A DNA stretch of 63,798 nt, counting the filler, from Reticulomyxa filosa (lineage: Eukaryota > Protista > Foraminifera): the NCBI GenBank assembly GCA_000512085.1. It is 26 parts of 26 records of this genome, joined end to end, with 100 filler letters (N's around TTAATTAATTAA, not from the genome) between each part and the next. Parts side by side here need not be neighbours in the genome. Positions count along the whole stretch, not along the records: positions 24,714 to 28,518 come from ASPP01000311.1; positions 28,619 to 30,670 come from ASPP01000583.1; positions 30,771 to 32,625 come from ASPP01020525.1; positions 32,726 to 34,015 come from ASPP01035742.1; positions 34,116 to 35,612 come from ASPP01028317.1; positions 35,713 to 36,862 come from ASPP01045723.1; positions 36,963 to 42,118 come from ASPP01005706.1; 19 more parts are not named here. One strand, 5' to 3'. Of the stretch, positions 25,094-37,066 are shown piece by piece. Each line of letters starts with the position of its first letter. The first letter of the stretch is position 1. Both the position numbers and the translations under genes were made by a program. Under the pieces are notes generated by a model. That model saw only the letters and a program-made list of their open reading frames with translations. It did no database searches and was not told the DNA's origin.

Positions 25094-27147
25094 TCACTGC
25101 AATGCATTTACTTCCTCTTTTGCTTGTAGAGTCTCTTCGTTCCATTCTCCAAATATCATGCTATATTCTTTCCAGGCTTTTTCATAATATTGACACGCGT
25201 TATTTTTTTCTCCTTTTTTTTCAAACGTAAGTCCTAAATTCCAATATGAATCACCACTATATCTGTCTTTAATTTCCAATTTTCCTTTTCTTATTTTCAA
25301 TGAATGTTCGTAATACTCGATTGTTTTGTCATAATCTTGTTTATAAAAATGGCCCTGTCCTAAATGAAAATATGTATTACCTATGTGTATATGTTCATTT
25401 CCAAAAATACTCAAAAATGTGTTTAATGCCTTTTCATAATATTCTATTGCTTCATCATATTTGCTATCACTTCTATAGGAAATTCCAATTAAACAATAGG
25501 TAATACCAATATAAGGATGGTTTATACCAAAATTATCAATTGAAAACTCTAAAGCTTGTTGAAGACAATTAATAGCATCATTAAAAGAAGTTTCAGCTAA
25601 GTGATTATGCGCTCTATCTTCAAGGTCTTGAATATACACCAAAATATCATGATGTATTTTGGCATTCCATTGAATAGGTGAAATAAATTTTAATAATTGT
25701 TTATCAATAGTTGTATTGTTCGTTACAAATAACTGTGTTGTAATCTTTACGTTCTTTCCTTTACATTGAATTTCAGAATTGACAGCATATGCATTCCCGT
25801 CAATATTTATTTCACTTAATACCACTAATTTGCTTTTTATTACGTACAAATAATATTCTTCAAATTGCTGCTTTTCAGTTTTTTCATTATTTATTAACAC
25901 TCGAAGTGAAAAAAGAGTATCCTCCATTGTAATAGAACATTTCCGTATTGCCATTTGCCATAACTTGGTATTGCTGGCAACAATAATTAGTCCTTGTTCA
26001 TTAGCAGTGAGCATTTTCATAACTATTTTTGCTGCTTCTGCATTTGCTTTTCTCCAATTTTTATTCCAATGTTTTTTTAAATCCAATGTTTCTACTGTCA
26101 TCAACGATATTTTATCTTTTTTGTTATCATTATTATGTAATCGTGGAATTAAATAAATATCAGTATCGAAATTCAAACTATGTAAAGTGATTTTTCTTTG
26201 CATAATTTGGTTGATGACAAATTGTAAGCTTTGATTGACATTATTTTGAACGATCTGACAAAACATTTCAGTGAAATGACTCTCTTTTCTTTCATTTCTT
26301 GAATTGTCAAATAAATGTTTTGTATTTACAATAATTGTAAATACATCTCCGCTTTGCTTACATAATACATTCTCTGCATTGTTGTCTATTTCTTGTTTAT
26401 ATGAAATGACAATGAATATCTTTGGTTTTGCTTCAGAATTAATCACAAGTTCATTTTGAATATCGCTCCAACTTTTTGTTTGGCAATCGCTTGTAACCAA
26501 TAATGTATTTTCAAAATTTGTATATCCACACCACACAAATATTAAACTATCATAAAACTTGTTATCGTTAATAAAATCCAAGCGATGTCTTAAAATAAAA
26601 CTATTTAAATCACTTAGAGTAAGTGACTCTGTATTTGTATTTTGTGAATTGTAAGTGTTAAAAGTTTGATAACCAAGTTTGGATTGAAATAACGACTCAA
26701 ATAAATCCAAATCTTGTTTGACACCTTCTAAGTGTGATTGTTGTGATTCATATTTCATTGCTCCAGCTAATAATACCAATGGATTTTTTACTTGATGAAA
26801 TGGCATTGTTTGTTTTTTTTCAGCATTTTTTTCGGTTGATGCTACAGTTTGTATTCATTTAGTTGGCTAATTGAAAATAGCACACACAAAGAAAAGCATA
26901 TATATAAACTTGGTTGGAAGTAGGCATAAAGGTGAAGTGAATGAAAGTCATCAAAAATATTTTGAAGTTGTTCATCTGTTTCAATTTCATGACCATCACA
27001 ATCAGTTATTTTTGTCAATACATTCCTTTGTTCGTTGTTTTTGTTCACTTCGACAATTTGCTCTTTCAGTCCTTCAAATGATAAATTAGTCAAATGAAGT
27101 GTATATTTGTTTGAACCAATTGTCACAAAAGTTTCAATCGAGGACAT
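25094..27147 (-). CDS. PB1/ubiquitin-like + caspase-like (C14 fold, degenerate active site) + TPR protein, ~661 aa, 2 exons
   Basis: Exon 1 (27147-26910) splices through a 68-nt GT-AG intron (26909-26842) in frame into the 570-aa ORF. Caspase-like motifs are NPLVLLAGAMKYE..HLEGVKQDL, YDSLIFVWCGY, KPKIFIVISY and SHFTEMFCQ. About four TPRs follow (YDEAIEYYEKAL, YDKTIEYYEHSL). Exon 1 has a PB1-like ITDCDGHEIETDEQL. Confidence 0.85.
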
Positions 27148-28244
27148 TTCGTTTTAATAATTACCTCGAACTTAAACAACAAATGTTGTTAGCAACTCTT
27201 TCCCCTTTTTTGGAAAGAGGTAAACGAAAAACCTAAAAAAACTGGAATTTTCCAGTACGAGATTTGTATTGTTTTAGTGAAAATTTTCCTGAACATACCA
27301 AAGATTGATACTGCAATGATTTGTTGATACAGAACAAATGAATTTACACAATTAAATGTTAAATAATTGATACCAAACAAAATTTTTGTCTATCAAATGT
27401 ATTGATGAACATAGGTTATTGACAAAATATATAGTGTATACAATTTTGGATAATCATACTTACATTCCTTTTGATTTCTTCAATCACCATAAAAACATTA
27501 CTTTCTGTGAAAAATTGAAGCACATATTGCCATTTCTTGTTATACTGATTTTCATTTTTTTTTTTCATTCTTTGATATTTTTTGCTTCTTCGCTTGGAGC
27601 TGTCTTTGCTTATGTAAAATGAAAATGATTGAATAAAATAAACAAAACAAAAACAGCAAAAATTTCAAAAAAACTCTTCTAAAAGCTTAAAATTTGAACG
27701 ATTCTTTGAAAAAAGAAAATTCTGTCATAAAAACGATTCAAATTTTTACAATCATAAATCAGACCGGTACGTATGTAAGCTAATGAATTTTTTTTTGTTA
27801 TCCAAATGAAATTCATACAATCAAAAAGTACTGTTCATATAAATATCATGTTTTTCCTAAAAAAACAACGACAAGAGCAATTTTAACTCCAAATTAATTT
27901 TTTACGGGTTGACTTTTTAAACAAAAGTTTGAAGAAAAATATTTTCAATGTTCCTTTCTTGTTTTTCATTACATCTTTTGCTTTTATCGTTTTTAAGTTA
28001 CGGTCAATCAAAAAGTGCAAAGGAAAATGAACGGGTTGGGATAACAAGAGAAAAAAGGAAGACTAGACTATTTAACGTATTTATGCGATTATAAGACACT
28101 TTTTTTTTATATGGAGAAAACAAAAGAATCAGATGATCAAGTAACAATAACAAGTGTATTACACTTCTACTTTTTTGTTATTCTATTATTATTATTTTTT
28201 TTTTGTTATTATGAGAGTATATGGTTTAATTTGTCCCATCAAAA

Positions 28245-28518
28245 CTATTCAAATGTTGAAGGTTGCTTTCGAGAAGCTTCTTGCAATTGATTCACTTTGT
28301 ATTTCAGATCCTGATTTTCAATATTGAGTTTCTGGTTTTCTTGTTTTTCGGCACGAAGATCTTTCAACGCGGTCACGTATAAATCTAGCATATGAGCACA
28401 CGTAGTTTAGACATGCATGTGTATGTGTGTGTATGAAAAGTGGACAACAACAAATGCAATTTGAAGAAGACTCAAAACAAACCTTTCAATTCCGTGACTA
28501 ATCTCCTTAAATTTTTTT
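28245..28518 (-). CDS. 3' exons of a coiled-coil protein (truncated)
   Basis: LRRLVTELK|DLYVTALKDLRAEKQENQKLNIENQDLKYKVNQLQEASRKQPSTFE* joined by a GT-AG intron. Confidence 0.55.
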
Positions 28519-29128
28519 NNNNNNNNNNNNNNNNNNNNNNNNNNNNNNNNNNNNNNNNNNNNTTAATTAATTAANNNNNNNNNNNNNNNNNNNNNNNNNN
28601 NNNNNNNNNNNNNNNNNNTTGCATCCCTACTGATTCTTTGATCTTTCTCTTCGGAACATGAACCAGAGTTTTGTAGTGAGTGTGACTCCATCTTCGCAAC
28701 TCGATCGCCTAAACAGTGGGTGCCAAATGTAGAGAGATGCAAAAAAGAGAGCTCAGCTAAACTAAAACGTACAGAAAATTGAGAATAAAAAGAATAAATG
28801 TTTTATGAGTTGAGTTATTACAACTCTGGAGTCAGTTATGACTCATGTATCACTACACCACCATAACAATTTGCTTCCAAATTGTCGTCACAAAGTACTA
28901 GTGCAAGTAGTTCGTGGCGATGATAGAAGAAACTCTGACGCTGAAGCTTGAAAGACAATAAAAAAGCTCGTCTTTCTCATCTCGGATTATTTTGTCAACA
29001 CAATTATCTCTACCTATTGTTATCCAATAAAGTTAAAAATCTATTTTTGTTTGCTTCTCAATTTCCTTCGTAAGTGCATAAAAGAGTGTCGTTTGTGGTT
29101 ACTTTTTTTTTTTGCAGCCAGGACGAAT

Positions 29129-30643
29129 ATGATGTTAAATCCTCACAATGTTCATTATTTGCCAAATAACCATTGCAGTGGACAAGGACAGCAACGATTG
29201 GCACATTTCCAGCAACCAGTGCAGTCCTACGTTGTCCCGAACTATCATTACCCAAACAGCACTTCGACAAATGTTGGGCACGTTGGTCATTTATGTTTGG
29301 CAAACAACGATTACAACGCAATGATATCGTTATCGATGTCACAGCAATTGCAATCGGAGTTGTCAAAAGCATATCAACTGAAACAAGAGCAACTTCGAGT
29401 TTCTCAACAAAGACACGTGGAAGAAATGCATCACATGAACTCACATCCCCATATACGTCACCATTGTGCCATCATTGATCGTTTGGACAAAGAGGACAGC
29501 CAATACGCGGACTTCTCAAGAAAAGTGAAGGACAACGAATCGCAATTTGAAGCAAGCAACGATACTTTCGACAATAAACATTACATCGCACAAAAAATGA
29601 ACGCCCAGCGATTATCCGCACTAGGATTTTTTTTTTACCAAAAAAAAGATATATATATATTATACATATGTACATATTTAATTGTATATATGTGTGAGCC
29701 GTTTTTTTTTCCCCTTTGCCTTGCTTTTTTTTTTGTGTTTTTTCCACCAGTGGAATAAATCTACGTATACAAAATTGATGACACGTTTTTTTGTTTTTTT
29801 TTTAAAACAAAAAAAAAGTCTTCGCGATTGCGAAAATGGAATTTAAAAAAAAAAAAATTTGTTATGTACAAAAAATAATACATACTTCCAAAAAAAAAAA
29901 AAAAAAATTCAGGAAACACTGGCAGCTTATCCCGTAACTCGTCGACAGATTCTTTTATTCGCAGCAACAATGATTGTGTGGACGTAGTGTCAGATGAGGA
30001 GACTAGCACGAACGTGAGAAACGGATACGAATGTTCTCCGAGCGCGAACAGCAGTGTATCGAACGACGCATTGCCATTGTGCAATCCCGGACAAAGCGCC
30101 TCGTTGTTGTTGGAGAGCGAAAGCAATACCACGAGCCGACCAGCAACGACCTGTTTAGGATTGTTGGAGGAATGGTTGAGACAAGGTTGCAACGATGAAT
30201 ACGAATACGACTACGAATACAAAGCGGTGAGCCAAAAGGGTTCCGAAGAACAAAACAAAGAAGAAGATGACAACAACAATGACGCTGAAGAAGGGTCGTT
30301 TACTGTAGATTATGCCTGGATCAACAGTGAACTGGAAAAAATGGAACTGGCGGAAATGGAAAAAAAAGCCAGAGAGGGATGTCATAAAAAACGTATCGAT
30401 GGCAACAACGTTTGTGCTCCTCCTGTTGTGTCTTTGCCCATGCCAGTGCAAATGCCGGTCTCGATGAATGTTCCGTTGAATTGGATGAACACCAATTATG
30501 CCATGCCTGTGGTGACGATGCCTGTTCTACATTTCCCTTATCAAGCTTACGCTGCTCCAAATGTAGTCAATGCACCCATCCCAGAGACAAGGATCAACGG
30601 CACCAACGTTTACATCAACGAGCAATTCCGATATTTTGCATAA
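29129..30643 (+). CDS. Hypothetical low-complexity protein (Q/H/N-rich N-terminus, acidic middle, P/M-rich C-terminus)
   Basis: Two coding-like blocks (29129-~29625 and ~29912-30643) separated by T/A-tract intron-like DNA. Confidence 0.6.
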
Positions 30644-31236
30644 AGTTCCACTCCTAACTCAAAAAAAAAANNNNNNNNNNNNNNNNNNNNNNNNNNNNNN
30701 NNNNNNNNNNNNNNTTAATTAATTAANNNNNNNNNNNNNNNNNNNNNNNNNNNNNNNNNNNNNNNNNNNNTTGATATTAGTTTTGGGTTGATTTCCATAT
30801 GTCAATCCATGTGTTTGTGTGTGTGTGTGTGTGTGCGAGAGTTTAAATATCTCGAGATTGGAATATGGAAATATGCCCCTTTCCCCTCTCCCCAATTTTG
30901 TGATGAACATCTCATTTACAAAAAAAAAAAAACAAAAACAAAAAAAGTGTTCTCTAGTGATAATGTGATTGTTTGTGTAGCATATTGAAGCAGGGTACTG
31001 TCAGTTGGGAGTAGTAATGCAAATGAGAAAGATGATCTTATGCTGGAGAAGAGGTAGTCAATACTCCACTGAAATGTAGTTCATTTTCACGCCGATGGAC
31101 ACTTACACATGCATGATAAAACAAGTATATTGTCCACGCTGTTGTGATTACTATCAGCGGTAATATTAATACCATGCCAGTAATGTATATTTTATTTGAG
31201 CATGTACTTTTATCTAATCCAGAATGATAATTCTCT

Positions 31237-32625
31237 TTATATATTTATAATATTTATATTTACTTTAGCAATGGCTATTATTAGATCGGTATGTGTATAT
31301 ATGTGTACATATATACATAAATATATACCTAGTAATGCGCCAGTTCCACCAATGGCACATCCAATTGCGAAAATGGCGAGTAAAGGCCATATCCAATGAA
31401 ACTTTGAAGAAAACATATGGACTTGTGGTCGAGTGTTTATTTGAGTATTGTCATTGAGAAGGTTATTGTCATTGCGAAGGTTATTGCCATTGGCATTGTT
31501 ACTATTGTTTACATGATTCGAAGCCCAGACCGGTGTATCATTCCGAAAAACAATGACAGGTGAGTCTGTCTGAGGCACACGTCTCCCCTTGTTTACCGAC
31601 GAAATAGCAGATGCACTTGCATTTGCATTTCCATTTGTATTTGTATTTGTATTTGGGTATTGGTTGTGATTGCCATGATCATCATCGCTGTTGTGCGTTC
31701 TAATGGTGAGATGAGTAGCAAGTTGGAGTCCCGAGTCGACACTGTGAAAAAGAGGTGGTAATCCACCTATTGGCTCACTCTGGCTTGGTTGCAACTCCAT
31801 GGCCGGGCCAGTGCGAGGTAAGGGTTGCGGGTTGCTCTCTTGCGATTCTGCCGTCCGCAGCCCCAAGCGCACATCCACTATATCATTGCCATTGCCATTG
31901 CCATTGCCATTGCTATTGCTATTGCCATTGCTATTGCCGCCTACACGTTCGCAGCGAACAGTTTCAGGGGACAATCCCGTTACTCGATACTCTTCGTTTT
32001 GCACATAGAGTGTGTCACCAATCGCCACCTTTGTTTTTTTTTTTTATTGCTTTTCAAATGTTGAACGAAATAAATAAATTGTATATATAAATATATACAT
32101 AGACATAGACATATACATTTATATATGCATATTAAATATACAATATATAAATATACAATATATAAATATACAATATATAAATATACAATATATATAAATC
32201 CTTTACAAAATAATGCACTTAAAAGATTAACAAAAGCATGCAAAGTGATATATATAATGCACATATAACAAAAAACATACCACATGACCTCCAGCAATTC
32301 CATGTTGTAATGCTTCAAAAAGTGAAAGTGCCTTGTTATGTGTGGGATTGATTTGGATGGCTTGTACCAAGTGTTGTATCCCTTGCTCGACGAGAAAGTT
32401 GCCCAAATTGTAATGGGAATTTGCGTTATTATTGTCGAGCTGCAACGACAAGACGTATTTTTCCAAAATGTCGTCGAATAATTTGTCCTCCATGCAGTTT
32501 TCATACAAGTAGCCCAAGCAATTGTATACTTTGGCACGAAGCACATTGGGGAGATTCTTCTCAATTGCCGATCGACATAGGCGTTCGCATTCCTCATAAT
32601 TTTCTTCTCGCATTTGTCTTCGAAA
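31237..32625 (-). CDS. TPR-containing protein with N/G-rich low-complexity region and predicted C-terminal transmembrane segment(s), 5'-truncated
   Basis: TPR-like AKVYNCLGYLY...SHYNLGNFL..QAIQINPTHNKA (32227-32613). Exon 31330-32028 has GN repeats and hydrophobic WIWPLLAIFAIGCAIGGTGALLG. Confidence 0.6.
31885..31938. repeat. (ATTGCC/ATTGCT)n hexamer microsatellite, coding Gly/Ser-Asn on the minus strand
   Basis: Direct inspection. Confidence 0.85.
32136..32196. repeat. 15-bp tandem repeat (ATATACAATATATAA) x ~4, intronic
   Basis: Direct inspection. Confidence 0.8.
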
Positions 32626-33739
32626 NNNNNNNNNNNNNNNNNNNNNNNNNNNNNNNNNNNNNNNNNNNNTTAATTAATTAANNNNNNNNNNNNNNNNNNN
32701 NNNNNNNNNNNNNNNNNNNNNNNNNTGATGAATATACTCGAGCATGGAAACCTAATAATCAAATGGCAACTGATGAAACATTAACAAAGATCAATGATAT
32801 AATTTGTGAAATCAATATCCAGTTTATAGATGATCAACTTTGTAAATTCAATCCAATAAAAATGAAAGGGCAAGCTATTTATGTTATTTTATTCGAGTAT
32901 TTTAAGAAATATACTGCAAATTGTGCTGATGTTATATCATTATTAAAAGAATTAAGAAAACAAGAATTAGAAGATGATACAACAACAATTATCAATATAC
33001 TGTCGATGATGATAATAAAAAAAATGATGGCGTCAATATATAATTGATTTATTAAAAAAAGAAAAAGAATTAGTTGTCAAAGAACACAGCTAATTCCAAA
33101 GAAAGAAAAAGTTAGTGCTACTGACATTGTTGTCGACACTGGAACGAGAACAAGCGATCAAATATTATGAAAATTACCAATAGAATTAACAAGCGTATAG
33201 AATCATTACAAAAAATAGTATCAGATTAGACAGAAAATTTAAATATAAAAGTTATTAGATTGTTGGAAAAAAATATTAGATACAAATTGGTCAATATGTT
33301 CATCTATAAATGATATAGAAGAAATTCATTTCATACATTATTATTTACACGTGTGGATATAGAAGAAAAGGAAATAGATGATATAGAAATAGAAAAAATA
33401 TTTTATTTGTTTTATATTAGAATGAAAAGTTAGATGTACAAAGAAGATTAGTTTATTTACAAAAATCAAAAATCATTATGATCGTGAATTTGTACAATTC
33501 GTGCGTGGTATTAAACAATATCATACAAAAAAAATGTATTACAAATGCTAGAAACAAATTAAAATACATTATAGAACAAAAAAATACAAATAATTATATT
33601 ATATATTTATGTGAAATATAATAAATGAATACAAGACAAAAAAAAGAATAGGTATATCAAAAAAAAAGAAGGTGACTACCACTAAGCGGAGGGGAGGATG
33701 GAGGGCAAAAACTGACACCAGAATTATTGCATCTGACTC

Positions 33740-33955
33740 CAACAATCATTTACCTATTCAACAAGCATTTATAGTAATCAACAATCATTTACATATTCAA
33801 CAATCATTTACATACTCAACAAGCATTTATAACACTCAACAATCATTTACATACTCAACAAGCATTTATATATTCACAATCACTTGACATACTAAATAAT
33901 CATTTATCATATAAATTATCATTTTAATACTCAACTATCAATTATCATTCATACT
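33740..33955. repeat. Degenerate 19-20-bp minisatellite (CAACAATCATTTACATACT / CAACAAGCATTTATAACACT)
   Basis: About seven well-conserved units at 33740-33877, decaying toward 33955. No unique spacers. Confidence 0.85.
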
Positions 33956-34157
33956 AGACAATAATTTAAAATATTTTTTTTTTTTTGTTTTTTTTTTTTT
34001 TTTTTTTTTTTTTTTNNNNNNNNNNNNNNNNNNNNNNNNNNNNNNNNNNNNNNNNNNNNTTAATTAATTAANNNNNNNNNNNNNNNNNNNNNNNNNNNNN
34101 NNNNNNNNNNNNNNNCAAATTCTTTACAATGCTTCGGTAAACATTTCCACACTCGTT

Positions 34158-34872
34158 CTACGCCTTACACTGGAACACAATATGTAAAGTTATTTTACGC
34201 CTGAGAGTGGCGACTTTGCGCGTTTCCAGATATAAAGGACAATTTCCATCTACAAACTCAAAAAGCTGCCTGACATGTTTGTTTTTTTTTAAGACAAATC
34301 CAACGCGATTTAACTTCCGGATTTTTTTTCTTATCTTCATGCTAATCCTCAATCTTCTTCTTGTGGCCGGTGTCTTGACGGAGTTTCGCCACAACTCCTC
34401 CACCACTTTGCACGATATTCCACGTTTTTTTTTCTTGGTGGCGCCAACGATTCATTTTATCATTATATGCACAACACAAAGTCGCGAATGTGCACATACA
34501 ACTATTTTCTATTATTTTGCTGCGTTGATCAACTTAGCACTATTTCCATGACGACCAAGTTTTGCTTATTTTTTGGCGCCAGTAGATCGCAGTTCAACGT
34601 CGTTTTTGATGTTGTTAACTCCAATAATTGTTCGCAGAAACTTGTACACGCCGACGTTGATTCTCACTGTAGTAATTTGCTCAATCGCCATGTTTGAGCA
34701 TTTTCTAACAACTTTCTCGTTTTTTTCTTCGCGTTTGACTTCTTTGCTGCTCCAACAAGTCGACTGTCGGCCATATAGTGGATCAATACACAACGTCTGT
34801 TTCACTTGATATCTGCTGGCGCCAACGGATCTATTTGCTGCTGTTGTTGTTGCTTTGCTTCTCCTTCTTCTT
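34158..34872 (-). pseudogene. Decayed gene of unknown family (EEEGEAKQQQQQQIDPLAPADI...)
   Basis: Coding-like, higher-GC segment broken by stops and frameshifts across ORFs 34566-34805 and 34158-34406. Confidence 0.4.
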
Positions 34873-36970
34873 CTTTTTCTTCATAATTTTTCTTCTTCAA
34901 ATTTTTTTACCATTTTTCATTTACTTTTTTTTATATTATTTTTTCTTTTTTTTTCTACTTTTGATCCTTTTTTTTTTTTTTTCATATTGTCATTTTTTTT
35001 TTTCTTTATTTTCAAACATTTTTTTTCATTTTTTAATTTTCTAATTCTTTTTAATTTTTGTCATTTTTTTTCATTTTTCTTAAATAAAATTTTATATTTT
35101 TTTCCATTTTTCTTAAATAAAATTTTATATATTTTTTTCCATTTTTCTTAAATAAAAATTTTTTCAAAATTTTATCCACTTTTTTTTCCCAACCTTTTTC
35201 ACAACCTTTTTTTTCCCACCCTTTTTTTCACAAACCCTTTTTTTTTCCCCAACATTTTTTTCCATCTAAAAAAAAAACTTTCAAATATTGCTTGTCTTGA
35301 CTTCTATTAACATATTCACAAAGAAAAGAATTTATATATTTTTTAAAGAAAAAAAAAACAAAACTTGATTTTGGAGCTCAAAACTCTACTTTCCATTTTC
35401 CTATATTTTTTTTTCTTTGCACATTGAGTGAGGGGGGCAAACATTTATTATTTTTTTGGATGGGGGCATGCCTATTCACAAACACAAGTATACGTTATTA
35501 AAAAAATTAAAAATTAAAAATTAAAAATAAATAAACCTTTATATTTTTTTTAAACATGGGATGGCTTCGACCCCTACGTTTTTTTGGAGGGTGGACAAGT
35601 ATAATTTTTTTANNNNNNNNNNNNNNNNNNNNNNNNNNNNNNNNNNNNNNNNNNNNTTAATTAATTAANNNNNNNNNNNNNNNNNNNNNNNNNNNNNNNN
35701 NNNNNNNNNNNNTCTTCATCATGAAAGAATTGCTTGATTGTTCTCAAGCTAGGCCAAAAATACTTTACAAGACAAAAAAAATTAATCAAATATCAATTGT
35801 TTATGCGTTCGTTTTTTCGTTTTATTTCAAATTGCAAAACACAATTTTATTGTGAGAGGATGTCGTGTGATTATGTGGATGAACAACAACTTGTAATTTT
35901 TTTTATGCAGACTATACAAATTTTCAATTATTTGGATATATATGCAACATCAATTTGGTCACAGATATCGAAAATCTTTTAGTGACAAAAAAAAACGTTA
36001 TGACAGTCTCTTTGAACTCTTTGAACCACTTTCATACAGGAAATTTCTTCGGCAATCGGGAATAATAATTTTAGCCTTGAAAACTTTAAAAACAAGGAGT
36101 AAAACAAATGATGTAACATAAAAAAAGAAAAAATCTGGAACTAGACCCTTTTTAAGGAACTCTTCAAATTATCATAATTTTTCAATTAAAAATTATGTTT
36201 TTATTTATTTACTCGTTCAATTTATGATTATTTAGTTATTTTATCAAATTAAAATATAGTAATTACAACGTGGTTATCACAAACAAATCGATATGAGCTT
36301 TCTTAGAATACCCCAAAAGAACGAAGTGCAAGCATTGCACAAACTCACCTAAAAGAAATTTTTTCTATTGTAATGCTAAATTGCAAAATCGATAATCAAT
36401 TTTTTACATTTATCGGAACTGATATTTTGTGTGAAGTAATTCAATTTATTGTATTACTCATCATTACAAAAAATTCACAACATGGCTACAAACAGAGAAT
36501 GTGCTAATAGAGAAACGATGACAGAGATTTTTCAAGCAAATCTCTCATACATCAAATGGAATAAAAGCCACATACATTCCAAATTTTGCTCTAGTCTTTA
36601 TTAACAAAATAAGAGATTATTACCGAGTTAATTGGAGTTGCTTGGTCGCTGGTTGAAACAAACGTTTTGTCTCTTTGTAATTTGGTCTAGATTTACATTC
36701 ATTTCGGCAAAAAATCTGCAAAGCCAAAGGAAAGTATATGGAACCTTCTAAACAAGAGTTCTTTGCTGTTGGCTGAAGAGAACTAGAGAGCGTTATCATT
36801 TTTTTTTTGACCCTTGATTTTTTTTTTTAAAGTCTCCTCACTAACTTTGACAATCAAAAATANNNNNNNNNNNNNNNNNNNNNNNNNNNNNNNNNNNNNN
36901 NNNNNNTTAATTAATTAANNNNNNNNNNNNNNNNNNNNNNNNNNNNNNNNNNNNNNNNNNNNTGCTCCAG

Positions 36971-37066
36971 AAAAAAATGATACATAAAATAATACATAAA
37001 AAATAATATAAAAAAAATGATACATAAAATAATACATAAAAAATAATATATAAAAAATAATACATA
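36971..37066. repeat. ~41-bp AT-rich tandem duplication (AAAAAAATGATACATAAAATAATACATAAAAAATAATATA) x ~2.3
   Basis: Direct inspection. Confidence 0.75.

Noticed and set aside
33740-33955. CRISPR array
   Set aside because: The units are directly tandem with no unique spacers, there are no cas genes, and the context is eukaryotic.
34778-35151. Phe-rich ORFs as membrane proteins
   Set aside because: They are translations of T-rich low-complexity non-coding DNA.
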